Of a stretch of 64,000 nt of DNA, positions 27,352 through 36,365 are shown piece by piece. Where the stretch lies: positions 1,167 through 65,166 of the forward strand of contig JARKUF010000009.1 of NCBI GenBank assembly GCA_029974015.1, in the 5' to 3' direction. The notes beneath the pieces were generated by a model. That model saw only the letters and a program-made list of their open reading frames with translations, was not told the DNA's origin and did no database searches. The first letter of the stretch is position 1. Each line of letters starts with the position of its first letter. The DNA is from Spirochaetota bacterium. Lineage in GTDB: Bacteria; Spirochaetota; UBA4802; JAGODF01. The position numbers were made by a program, and so were the translations under genes.

Positions 27352-28185
27352 ATGAGCGTATATATGGAAATTGAAAGTTTTTTCTGTAAGGAACAGGTTA
27401 TCACCCTCAAGAGTACGGAGAAGCAGCTCGTGATCAAGGAGTTGGTCACCAGGCTCGTAGAGCTTGGCAAGATCGACAACGCCGACCGCTTTTACGCCCA
27501 GGTGGTTCACCGCGAATCTCTGGAGAACACCGGCATTGGCCACGGCTTCGCCATCCCCCATGCCCGTACCGACTCCGTTGACGACTTCCACTGCGTCTTC
27601 GGCATCTTACCCGAGGGCATAGAGTACCAGTCGTATGATAAGGTCCCAGTGAACTATATCATGCTGAGCATCTTCCCCACTTCAATGAGCACCAAGTACC
27701 TCTATCTGGTGGGCATGATGGCCCGTCTCTTCGCTACGGCTGAGAAGAGGGAGGCCCTGGACGAAGCAAGGACGCCGGCGAAGGTCTTCGCGGTCCTAAA
27801 AAAAGAATCGAAGGCCTATTTCGACGGCATATCAAAAAAGGAACCTTTAAAGACCGATGAAGAGATAGCGGACCTCACGGGGGTCCCATCATCGAACCTT
27901 GACCTCCTCATCCGCCTCGACAGGCTCTATCAGATTTATGACAGCGGCGAAAAATCCGAATCCACCTCCGGGAAGATATCCGAACTGCGGCGCCTTATAG
28001 ACAACAGGTCGCTCACCTACTACGAGAGAATGCGGAAAAAACTCCAAAACCCATTCGCCATCATCGACAAGACGAGCTGTTCCGGCTGTCACCTGGAAAT
28101 TCCTCCGGTCTACATGGCCCAGATCAAACAGAGCAAAGACATCCCGGTCTGCAACCATTGCGGGCGGTTCCTCATCATCGTGTGA
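27352..28185 (+). CDS. PTS EIIA type-2 (PtsN/EIIA-Ntr-like) domain fused to a C-terminal C4 zinc-ribbon (COG1579-like) domain
   Basis: EIIA-2 phosphorylation-site His in GIGHGFAIPHARTD. C-terminal CSGCHLEIPP...CNHCGRFLII matches the CxxC..CxxCGR(I/F)L zinc ribbon. Confidence 0.7.
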   Translation: MSVYMEIESFFCKEQVITLKSTEKQLVIKELVTRLVELGKIDNADRFYAQVVHRESLENTGIGHGFAIPHARTDSVDDFHCVFGILPEGIEYQSYDKVPVNYIMLSIFPTSMSTKYLYLVGMMARLFATAEKREALDEARTPAKVFAVLKKESKAYFDGISKKEPLKTDEEIADLTGVPSSNLDLLIRLDRLYQIYDSGEKSESTSGKISELRRLIDNRSLTYYERMRKKLQNPFAIIDKTSCSGCHLEIPPVYMAQIKQSKDIPVCNHCGRFLIIV

Positions 28186-28190
28186 TGCAT

Positions 28191-29648
28191 TCAAATACCA
28201 TAACGCCATACATACAGGGCAATGGATGCGGCGATGGCAGCATTGAGGGAATCGATGTCACCTTCCATCGGTATGGCCACGCCCTCGTAAGAAAGCCCAC
28301 CGGGAACACCGGGCCCCTCCATGCCGGGGAGGAGCAGAAACCTTTCCGGAAACGCGACTTCCGCAAGCGGCCTTCCTTCCCTGTCCAGAGCAAAAATCGG
28401 CCACGCCTCGCCGCCCAGCTCGCTGATGGAGGGGCCGCGTAAGAGCGGCGCGCCCAGGACCGCCCCTGATGAGGAACGTACGCTCCTGGGGTGATAGGGG
28501 TGGGCCGCCTCCCGGAGGAGGATGATACGCTCCACTCCGAAAGCCGCGGCCGAGCGGACCACGGAGCCCAGGTTGGACGGGTCCTGAAAAGGCACCAGGA
28601 GATTACATCCCGGAGCAAGTGACCCGTCCCAGGCCGGAATAGCAGGCGTCCTCACGAAAAGAAGAGGGCCGCCGGTATTGAAGATATCGAGATCATTGTA
28701 GAGCGATTTTTTCATGATGAGGGCCATGCCCCTTTCCGTGATCCCGGCGATGAGTGCGTTCATTTCGTCGTCCTGGTCCGTATAGCCATCATGGATAACC
28801 AGGGCCATGGTGTCCCCCTTACCCGACTTCACCGCGTCTTTTATTATGCGCCTGCCGGACACAAGGGTAATTCTCGCCTTCTTCGCGCCGTCGGAATGGA
28901 CGATGTTTTTTAACTCTCTGTACCGCCCATTCGACTCAGAGGTGATGACCATTTCACGGTTCTCCTTTTGGTCCTTGAATATCCTGTAGGTTTTGCGCAA
29001 TACCGCGCCGGTCTTCCTGAACACCAGGAGCCGCCGCATATGTCCCTCGCCTATCATGTATTCCCGGTCCTGCTCCATTTCGAAAGACTTGAGATGAGGC
29101 CCCTTCAAAGCGCCCAGGTCCTCATCAGCCCCAGGTCCCTTCATGAAAATCACCATGCCGCCGGGAGGAAGAAAGTGGTCCACCCTGGCGAGGGTGCTAT
29201 CGACCGACTCCAGGGCCCGGGTGATGACGCCCTTCACATTAAAAAAGGAATGGCCCGTCACCCCGTGGGGGTACACCTCCACACCCTTAAGGCCCAGGGT
29301 ATCCACCGCCATGTTCAGGAATTCCACGCGTTTTTTTCTCTGTTCGGCCAGCACCAGGGAGATGCGGGGAGCAATTATCTTCAGGGGAATTCCAGGGAAC
29401 CCGGCGCCGGTCCCGATGTCGAGAAGGCTCTCCGGCAGGGCCATGAGCTTTGAGACGATCATGGAATCCAGGAAGTGCTTGATAATAAAATCCTCAAAGC
29501 GGGTGATTCTTGTCAGGTCGTATTCATCATTATGGCGGACGATGAGGCGGTAATAGCTCCAGAGGAGCTCCATCGCATCCTCTGCGAGGCCTAATCCCGC
29601 CTTTAAGAGCATTTGTTTCATTCGCTCTTTGTTAGTATCTTGCGCCAT
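28191..29648 (-). CDS. rsmG: fused 16S rRNA m7G527 methyltransferase RsmG (GidB) N-domain and SpoU/TrmH-family RNA 2'-O-methyltransferase C-domain (485 aa)
   Basis: N-terminus: LLDIGTGAGFPGIPLKI (RsmG SAM motif). C-terminus: SPOUT signatures (NLGSVVRSAAAFGV ... GVAIPMEGDIDSLNAAIAASIALY). Confidence 0.8.
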   Translation of the reverse strand: MAQDTNKERMKQMLLKAGLGLAEDAMELLWSYYRLIVRHNDEYDLTRITRFEDFIIKHFLDSMIVSKLMALPESLLDIGTGAGFPGIPLKIIAPRISLVLAEQRKKRVEFLNMAVDTLGLKGVEVYPHGVTGHSFFNVKGVITRALESVDSTLARVDHFLPPGGMVIFMKGPGADEDLGALKGPHLKSFEMEQDREYMIGEGHMRRLLVFRKTGAVLRKTYRIFKDQKENREMVITSESNGRYRELKNIVHSDGAKKARITLVSGRRIIKDAVKSGKGDTMALVIHDGYTDQDDEMNALIAGITERGMALIMKKSLYNDLDIFNTGGPLLFVRTPAIPAWDGSLAPGCNLLVPFQDPSNLGSVVRSAAAFGVERIILLREAAHPYHPRSVRSSSGAVLGAPLLRGPSISELGGEAWPIFALDREGRPLAEVAFPERFLLLPGMEGPGVPGGLSYEGVAIPMEGDIDSLNAAIAASIALYVWRYGI

Positions 29649-29749
29649 AGTATCTTTTTTTTTCCTGAAAAATTACCCAAAAAATTGCTGTTTTACGGGC
29701 ATTTTATTATATTTATGTCACTATAATCACAGGAAACCAGAGGCTCATC

Positions 29750-29956
29750 ATGGATAATGTCGTGATACGGCCCCCATGCAGGCTTCCCACGGTATTCACG
29801 CCTTCCTATCTCATTGGAAACACCGTGAACGCCCTGAGCAGGGCCGGGCTTAGCGAGCGAGCCAGGGAATTCACCGAAGAGCTGGATAAAAAAGCCGCTT
29901 TCAGTGATTATCATCAGGTACTCGCGATCGCCCACCGATATGTGGATTTTCTCTGA
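29750..29956 (+). CDS. hypothetical small protein (68 aa)
   Basis: ORF in a divergent intergenic region with a weak SD. No domain recognised. Confidence 0.25.
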   Translation: MDNVVIRPPCRLPTVFTPSYLIGNTVNALSRAGLSERAREFTEELDKKAAFSDYHQVLAIAHRYVDFL

Positions 29957-30139
29957 TCCATCACATTCACACCTGCGGATAAGTTGCCACTAAAAAATCC
30001 GCATGCCTTTCATTTTGACGGAACCCCAAACTTTTCACCGGCGTTAAGGCCGAGGGCCATAAAGAAAACCCGCCCGGGCCGATTTGATACGGCTCTTTGG
30101 TTAATATTCTTGACAAGAGGGCCGAAGAATAAATAGGGT

Positions 30140-31192
30140 GTGAAGGTTAAAAAAGACGACCCAAAACTGAAGAAAACCGGCAGCGGCGACGCCATGCGTT
30201 ACAGGATAAAACAGTACCACAACCGAGTAAGGAAAAGCTTCACAGAACGCTATTACATTTGGAAGAAAAAATCCGGAAAATGGTGGGACCGGTTCATCGA
30301 GAAAGGACACGAGAAGATGACGGTGATGTTTATCCCCCACAACGAGAAACGGATTTTTAATTTTCAGATATCGAAATTTTTCATTTCATTCTTCGTGGTG
30401 CTTTTTCTCATTGTCCTCGTTTCCTCGTCCTATGCCATCATCAAAAACGCGGCAATCAAGAGGGAAGAGGAGCGCCTTCTTCTTAACTACAAGGACATCC
30501 GCTCGCACCTTATCCGCTTCGAGCGCCAGACCAACCGCATCTCGGACCTTTTTGGCGACATCAAGCCTTATATAGAGGAGCTCTTTGAACTTTCAGCCGG
30601 GAGCGACGAATCCGTCGCGAGGATATGGGACTTCGATGAGTCGACGGACCCGGACATAAAGGAACTCAATAAACTCCGAAGCATCCTGCCCGACGAAATT
30701 TTCACGCTCAGACAGCTTCAAAGGGACTTTATCTGCACCACCAACGCAGTGAAGACCGTGAAAAACTTCATCGACGTACGAAGCAAGGTGATCAACGATA
30801 CGCCCTCCATCGTTCCCAATGCGGGGCACATCACTTCCCTTTTCGGATGGCGGCGTTCTCCCTTCGGGTTTGGCCGCGATTTCCATACGGGCATCGACAT
30901 CGCCGCGGCGGGCGGCACGCCCATCCGAGTCACCGCGCCTGGCACCGTGGAGGCGACCGGCTGGGCCGGCGGCTACGGATACATGGTCCGCGTCCGCCAC
31001 AAGTACGGGTTCGAAACGCTCTACGCGCACTGCTCCAGCATCTACGTGGGCAAGGGCCAAAATGTGACGCGCGGCCAGGTGATCGCCGGCGTGGGCCAAA
31101 CGGGAAACGCCACCGGCAACCACTGCCACTATGAGGTGCGCCTGGGCAACACGCCCATCAACCCCTATCCCTACATGCGTAAAATCTGGTAG
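30140..31192 (+). CDS. M23 family (LytM-domain) metallopeptidase with N-terminal TM and coiled coil
   Basis: HTGIDIAAAGGTPIRV ... NHCHYEV matches the HxxxD and HxH zinc-binding motifs of LytM/M23. Confidence 0.8.
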   Translation: MKVKKDDPKLKKTGSGDAMRYRIKQYHNRVRKSFTERYYIWKKKSGKWWDRFIEKGHEKMTVMFIPHNEKRIFNFQISKFFISFFVVLFLIVLVSSSYAIIKNAAIKREEERLLLNYKDIRSHLIRFERQTNRISDLFGDIKPYIEELFELSAGSDESVARIWDFDESTDPDIKELNKLRSILPDEIFTLRQLQRDFICTTNAVKTVKNFIDVRSKVINDTPSIVPNAGHITSLFGWRRSPFGFGRDFHTGIDIAAAGGTPIRVTAPGTVEATGWAGGYGYMVRVRHKYGFETLYAHCSSIYVGKGQNVTRGQVIAGVGQTGNATGNHCHYEVRLGNTPINPYPYMRKIW

Positions 31193-31201
31193 GAGTCGTC
31201 C

Positions 31202-32275
31202 ATGCGCATAGCGGTCGCCATGAGCGGGGGCGTCGACTCGTCGCTCGCCGCGGTCCTCCTGAAAGAGCAGGGGCACGACGTGGTAGGACTCACAGCAAAA
31301 ATACCCCTTTGCACTGACATGGACGGCTCGGAACCGCGCTACGATCTCTGTTGTTCACCCGATAGCATTGCCGACGCGCGAGAAGTCGCGCGCATGCACG
31401 GGTTTTCCCACGCCGTCCTCGACGTGGAGGAGGACTTCTCGCGGAAAATCATCACCCCTTTTTGCGAGGAGTACCTTGCGGGAAGGACGCCTAGCCCCTG
31501 CCTCCGCTGCAACGCGAAGATTAAGTTTAATGGCCTTTTGGTGCGCGCCCGAGAGATGGGCTGCGATAAGCTCGCCACCGGACACTACGCCCGCCTGGGC
31601 GCCGACGATGGCAGGCGCTTCGTCGCGGCGGGCGCCGATCCCATGAAAGACCAGTCCTACTTCCTCGGAATGCTTTCCCAGGAGGCCCTTTCATCGATAC
31701 TGCTTCCGCTTGGTGAATACAAAAAAGATGATATTCGAAAAATGGCCCTGGAGCGAGGGCTTGCCGTGGCGCACAAACCCGAAAGCCAGGAAATATGTTT
31801 CGTGCTCGATGACGACTACGCAGGCTATATCGAAAGGCGGACCGGCCGCGTCCCGGCGCCGGGGAACATCGTCGATGAGGATGGCAGGGTGCTCGGAAGG
31901 CACAGGGGCATTCACCGCTACACCATCGGCCAGCGGCGCGGCCTCGGCATCGCCCATTCTGTACCGCTCTATGTGGCAGAGATCCGCGTCGAGACGAATG
32001 AAATCGTCGTAGCAGAGAAGGCGCGACTCGCCCGAAAGGGGCTTTTCGCCGACGGCATCAATCACATGAAAAGCGCGCTACTGGACGGCCCCGCCCTGGT
32101 GAAAACCCGTTCCACGCAAAAGGCCGTCCCGGCGCTCCTTCACGAGGACGACGGAGGCGTCTACGCGGAGTTCGCCGCGCCCCAGGAGGGCGTCTCCCCC
32201 GGACAGGCCGCGGTCTTCTACGATGAGGGCGGCGCCGTTCTTGGAGCGGCATGGATCCGAAAGGCCATGCCATGA
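31202..32275 (+). CDS. mnmA: tRNA-specific 2-thiouridylase MnmA
   Basis: PP-loop SGGVDSS and catalytic Cys (RCN) motifs. Confidence 0.9.
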   Translation: MRIAVAMSGGVDSSLAAVLLKEQGHDVVGLTAKIPLCTDMDGSEPRYDLCCSPDSIADAREVARMHGFSHAVLDVEEDFSRKIITPFCEEYLAGRTPSPCLRCNAKIKFNGLLVRAREMGCDKLATGHYARLGADDGRRFVAAGADPMKDQSYFLGMLSQEALSSILLPLGEYKKDDIRKMALERGLAVAHKPESQEICFVLDDDYAGYIERRTGRVPAPGNIVDEDGRVLGRHRGIHRYTIGQRRGLGIAHSVPLYVAEIRVETNEIVVAEKARLARKGLFADGINHMKSALLDGPALVKTRSTQKAVPALLHEDDGGVYAEFAAPQEGVSPGQAAVFYDEGGAVLGAAWIRKAMP

Positions 32276-32276
32276 G

Positions 32277-33281
32277 ATGAAAAAAATCCATGCGATACCC
32301 GTGGACTTCGAACAGAGGAAAAGAATGGACCAGAGCATAGTATTTCTCGATGCGTCAACAATCAATTACGGCGATCAGGACCTTTCCATTTTCGAGAAAC
32401 ATGGGAACTTCATCGCATACGGCCACACCCTACCCGAAGAGACGGCAAGCCGCCTCCGCGGGGCCACGGTGGCCATTTCCAACAAGGTGGTAATTGACCG
32501 AAAGGTGCTGGACCTCTGCCCGGACCTCCGCTTGATAGCCGTGGCCGCCACGGGATACGACAACATAGACACTATCGCAACCAAGAAAAGGGGCATAACT
32601 GTCGCAAACGCGGCGGGGTATTCCACCCCTTCCGTGGCACAGTTCACCGTGCTTTTTATGCTCGCCCTGGCCTGCAGGCTTGTGGAGTACAATGGCGCCG
32701 GCCGCGACGGCCGGTGGAGCGCCTCCCCCATATACACCCTGGGGACATGGCCCACCGTGGAGCTTACCGGAAAAGTGCTTGGCATTCTCGGCCTGGGGGC
32801 CATTGGAAGCGAGGTGGCGCGCCTGGCCGGGGCCTTCGGCATGGAAGTCGTTGCGCTAAAAAGGCCGGGGGTCGAATACCGCGGAGGGCCGCCGCGATTT
32901 GAGCTGTACGACCTGGCGCGCCATGCCGACTTCATCTCACTTCACATGCCCCTCACCCCTGAGAACCGCCATCTGATAGACGGCTCTTTTTTCAGCGCCA
33001 TGAAACGGAACGCCTTTCTCATCAACATGGCCAGGGGCGCCCTTGTGGACCCAGCCGCCCTGGCCAGCGCCCTTGAGGCGGGGAAAATCGCCGGGGCCGC
33101 CGTGGACGTCATGGAGAAGGAACCCCCGGACGCCGATGATCCCCTCCTCGGGGCCCCCAACCTCCTCATCACCCCCCATATTTCCTGGGCTACGATGGAA
33201 TCCAGGAAGCGGCTTTTGCGGGAAATCGACGCGAATATAACCGCCTTTTTGGCAGGTACGCCTCGGAATATCGTCGCCTGA
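32277..33281 (+). CDS. D-isomer-specific 2-hydroxyacid dehydrogenase (glycerate dehydrogenase/hydroxypyruvate reductase-like)
   Basis: NAD-binding GxGxxG (GLGAIGSEVARL) and catalytic R/E/H motifs. The start is 2 nt after the mnmA stop. Confidence 0.85.
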   Translation: MKKIHAIPVDFEQRKRMDQSIVFLDASTINYGDQDLSIFEKHGNFIAYGHTLPEETASRLRGATVAISNKVVIDRKVLDLCPDLRLIAVAATGYDNIDTIATKKRGITVANAAGYSTPSVAQFTVLFMLALACRLVEYNGAGRDGRWSASPIYTLGTWPTVELTGKVLGILGLGAIGSEVARLAGAFGMEVVALKRPGVEYRGGPPRFELYDLARHADFISLHMPLTPENRHLIDGSFFSAMKRNAFLINMARGALVDPAALASALEAGKIAGAAVDVMEKEPPDADDPLLGAPNLLITPHISWATMESRKRLLREIDANITAFLAGTPRNIVA

Positions 33282-33392
33282 ATAAAACGTACGGGCCGTC
33301 AATAATCTGCTTGTCAAAGGCCCTTGCGCGGGAATAATATTACGCCATCTCCAACACTCCGGCCCCTGGCCGGAACGAATTACGAGGCGCCA

Positions 33393-34235
33393 ATGAAAGT
33401 GTTCGGCATAGCCGGGGCCGGCATTATGGGGACGGATATAGCCCATCTTGCCGCGGAAAAGGGGTTCAGTGTCATCCTCTTCGACACCGACGAACTCCGT
33501 CTGCGGGCGTCCTATGAGACGATACGAGAACGGCTTTCCCGTTATGTCGAGGAAAAACGAATCGCACAGGATGAGATGGCGGCGACTCTATCGAAAATCA
33601 AAATCCATAGGAACATCCAGGACCTGGTAAATGCCGACATCGTCATCGAGACGGTGACGGAAGACATCACCGTAAAAAAAGCGCTGTTCCGTGAACTCGA
33701 CATGGTCTGCCGCGGCGGCGTAGTCCTCGCATCAAACACATCTTCGCTGTCGATAACAGAGCTCGCGTCAGTAACAAAGCGCCCGGAGCTCGTCATCGGC
33801 ATGCACTTCATCAACCCAGCCCGCGCCATGAAGCTCGTCGAAATCATTTCGGGCATGGCCACCACATGGGAAACAGTGGAAACCGCCAAGGACATCGTGA
33901 AAAAATTCGGGAAAGTCTTCGTGGAATCGAAGGACTATCCCGGGTTTCTTCTCAACAGAATTATAATACCGATGATCAACGAAGCGATATATGCGCTCTA
34001 TGAAGGGGCCGGCTCCGTGGAAGCCATAGACCGAGTTGTCAAACAGGGAATGAACATCCCCATGGGGCCCCTGGAACTGGCCGATATGATTGGTCTCGAC
34101 GTGGTTTTGGCGGTCATCGGGGAACTTCACACCGGGTTTTCCGATTCCAAGTACAGGCCCTGCCCGCTCCTAAAAAATTACGTTGCCGCAGGCTACCTGG
34201 GCAGAAAATCCGGGCGGGGATTTTACAGCTATTGA
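33393..34235 (+). CDS. 3-hydroxyacyl-CoA (3-hydroxybutyryl-CoA) dehydrogenase
   Basis: N-terminal Rossmann GAGIMGTDIA and HFINPA motif. The start is refined to MKVFGIAGAG. Confidence 0.85.
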   Translation: MKVFGIAGAGIMGTDIAHLAAEKGFSVILFDTDELRLRASYETIRERLSRYVEEKRIAQDEMAATLSKIKIHRNIQDLVNADIVIETVTEDITVKKALFRELDMVCRGGVVLASNTSSLSITELASVTKRPELVIGMHFINPARAMKLVEIISGMATTWETVETAKDIVKKFGKVFVESKDYPGFLLNRIIIPMINEAIYALYEGAGSVEAIDRVVKQGMNIPMGPLELADMIGLDVVLAVIGELHTGFSDSKYRPCPLLKNYVAAGYLGRKSGRGFYSY

Positions 34236-34264
34236 TCCCGGAAGGAGACCGCCGCTGCCGCGAA

Positions 34265-34349
34265 GGATACGGCATGACATAAGGACTCCCCGACATTCAA
34301 TGACACGAGGGCCGGCATGTTTGTCACCGACGCCGTATCCTGTTTTTTT
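34265..34349 (+). terminator. putative intrinsic terminator after the 3-hydroxyacyl-CoA dehydrogenase gene
   Basis: 9-bp stem ggatacggc/gccgtatcc enclosing a structured loop, followed by T7. Confidence 0.4.
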
Positions 34350-34380
34350 CTTGCAAAATACCATCTCTGCAGTAACATCC

Positions 34381-34500
34381 GGGAACCTCTAAAAATCAAT
34401 TTTTCGAGGTTTCCATAAATTGTAACTGCTGGCATACTCAGGACTTCGGTTTTCCCGCCCGCCGAAGGCGGGCGGGAAAACCTGATTATTAGAGGTTGCC
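34381..34500 (-). repeat. MITE-like repeat, copy 5 (full, reverse orientation)
   Basis: GGGAACCTCTAAAAATCAATTTTTCGAGGTTTCC-ataaattgtaactgctggcatactcaggact-TCGGTTTTCCCGCCCGCCGAAGGCGGGCGGGAAAACC-tgattattagaggttgcc. Confidence 0.9.
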
Positions 34501-34553
34501 ATACATCAAAAGCACCGCCATCCATCCGTGCGGCGGGGAAAGGAGATCCCGTC

Positions 34554-36365
34554 ATGACAGAAGCCAGGAACGTCGCCTCGCTCCACGACCTCATCAGGCA
34601 AATAAGCGAAATTGAAACGGAACTTGAATCGCATATCGATACCACCATGTGGATAAGCGACCCCCACGGCGCGGGAGAGCGTTTTGTTTCCATACTTAAA
34701 GGGCGTTTCGGGCTCGTTTGGAAAATTTGCCTTGAGGCCCTTCCAAAAACCTTCTCCGCCGACAAAATCGATTACCTGGGAAGAATCATCCGCCGCGAGT
34801 GGTATTTCACTACGCCGGCCTTTTCCATGGAGCGTCAGGACGTTATATCGGCCCTGGTGAAGATCATCCAGTACCGTGTAGAGAACGCTAAAAAATTCGA
34901 TGAAATCCGCAAAAGCATTAACAACGACCTCAGGATGGTCCTGGAAAATCTCATCCTGAAATTTCCCGTCCCCAACATGGTTTACGAAAACGAAGTGATA
35001 GCCGACCGCGTCATCCATTCCCTCTGCAAGATAGTAAAGCAGGCCATCCTGGGGCATCTCCTTGTCCTGGGCGATGTCTTCGACCGGGGCGACGAGCCGG
35101 ACAAGATCCTTCGCATCCTGAGCAGCAGAGACATCAAGCCCTACGTGACCTTCGTCTGGGGCAACCACGACATCCTGTGGATGGGGGCCGCCGCGGGAAA
35201 CAAGTCCCTTATCGCCGAGGCCCTGCGCATCAGCGTGAGATATGACAACCTGAAATTTTTGGGCCGCCTCGGCATCGACATAAGCAGGCTCCAGTATCTG
35301 GCGGAGAAATTGTATCCGGAAGGAGTGTCCGGGAGCTTCAAAGCAAAGCACGACATCTCCAGAAAGATGGAAAAGACCCTTGCGATGATTCAGTTTAAGC
35401 TCGAGGAAAAAACGGTCCTCGAAAACCCGGAACTGGAAATGGAATCGCGCCTCAATCTCGGCAAACTGGCGGCCCTTCTTGAGTCCGGAGACGTGGAAGG
35501 ACTCACCGATACGCATTTCCCCACTCTAAATCCGGACCGTCCACTGGAGCTGACATCGGAAGAGCAATCCGTAATTGATGATCTATCCCGGCAGTTCACC
35601 TCGAGCCATCGAATCATGTCCCTCATGAAGTTTCTCTTTGAGGACGGGCGTCTTTATCACATCAACAATTACATACTGAACCTGCACGCCCTTATCCCCA
35701 GCACGGAAAGCGGCGAGTTCGATACCTTTCTCGGGAAGAAGGGCAAGGACCTCCTGGACCATATCGAAAACAGGGTAAAGGAGATCGGCCAAAATTACCT
35801 TTTCGGCCGAGAGCAGGACCCGAAGGACCTGGCATTGATGTTCTACCTCTGGTGCGGGGCAAAATCCCCCTTTTTCGGGAAGGACGCGATGAAAACCTTC
35901 GAGAGGTACTTTTACAAAGACAAGGGGACCCACAAGGAGAAGCTCCTCTTCTGGGGGGAAAACATCAGGAAAAAGGAGTTCATGGACCGCATCATGGACG
36001 AATTCGGGACCCGGCGCATCGTGTACGGCCACACGCCGGTGGACATTTCAAAGGGGGATAAAATCGCTTCGCCGGACGGCAGGGCCATCAATATTGACGG
36101 CGGCTTTTCCCATGCCTATCTTGAAAGGGGCCATTCCCTCATACAAACTCCGGCTTCGCTCTACGCGATCATACTTCCAACCCCAGATGAGATACGGGAG
36201 GCCCGAGAGAAAGGGGAAACTCCCCCCATGATAGTGGACGTGATCGATTCTTTCGACCCGCCGCTGAAGATTAAAGACACCCACCGGGGAGTGCTTTTAC
36301 GGAAGCGCCTTTCGGAGCTTTCGGCAATGCTTGCGGAATACGCATCGAGCAATACGACCGTCTAA
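34554..36365 (+). CDS. fbp: fructose-1,6-bisphosphatase class 3
   Basis: Metallophosphatase motifs (ISDPHG, GDVFDRGDEPD, GNHD). ~600 aa length and the N-terminal coiled segment are typical of class 3 FBPase. SD aaggaga. Confidence 0.85.
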   Translation: MTEARNVASLHDLIRQISEIETELESHIDTTMWISDPHGAGERFVSILKGRFGLVWKICLEALPKTFSADKIDYLGRIIRREWYFTTPAFSMERQDVISALVKIIQYRVENAKKFDEIRKSINNDLRMVLENLILKFPVPNMVYENEVIADRVIHSLCKIVKQAILGHLLVLGDVFDRGDEPDKILRILSSRDIKPYVTFVWGNHDILWMGAAAGNKSLIAEALRISVRYDNLKFLGRLGIDISRLQYLAEKLYPEGVSGSFKAKHDISRKMEKTLAMIQFKLEEKTVLENPELEMESRLNLGKLAALLESGDVEGLTDTHFPTLNPDRPLELTSEEQSVIDDLSRQFTSSHRIMSLMKFLFEDGRLYHINNYILNLHALIPSTESGEFDTFLGKKGKDLLDHIENRVKEIGQNYLFGREQDPKDLALMFYLWCGAKSPFFGKDAMKTFERYFYKDKGTHKEKLLFWGENIRKKEFMDRIMDEFGTRRIVYGHTPVDISKGDKIASPDGRAINIDGGFSHAYLERGHSLIQTPASLYAIILPTPDEIREAREKGETPPMIVDVIDSFDPPLKIKDTHRGVLLRKRLSELSAMLAEYASSNTTV

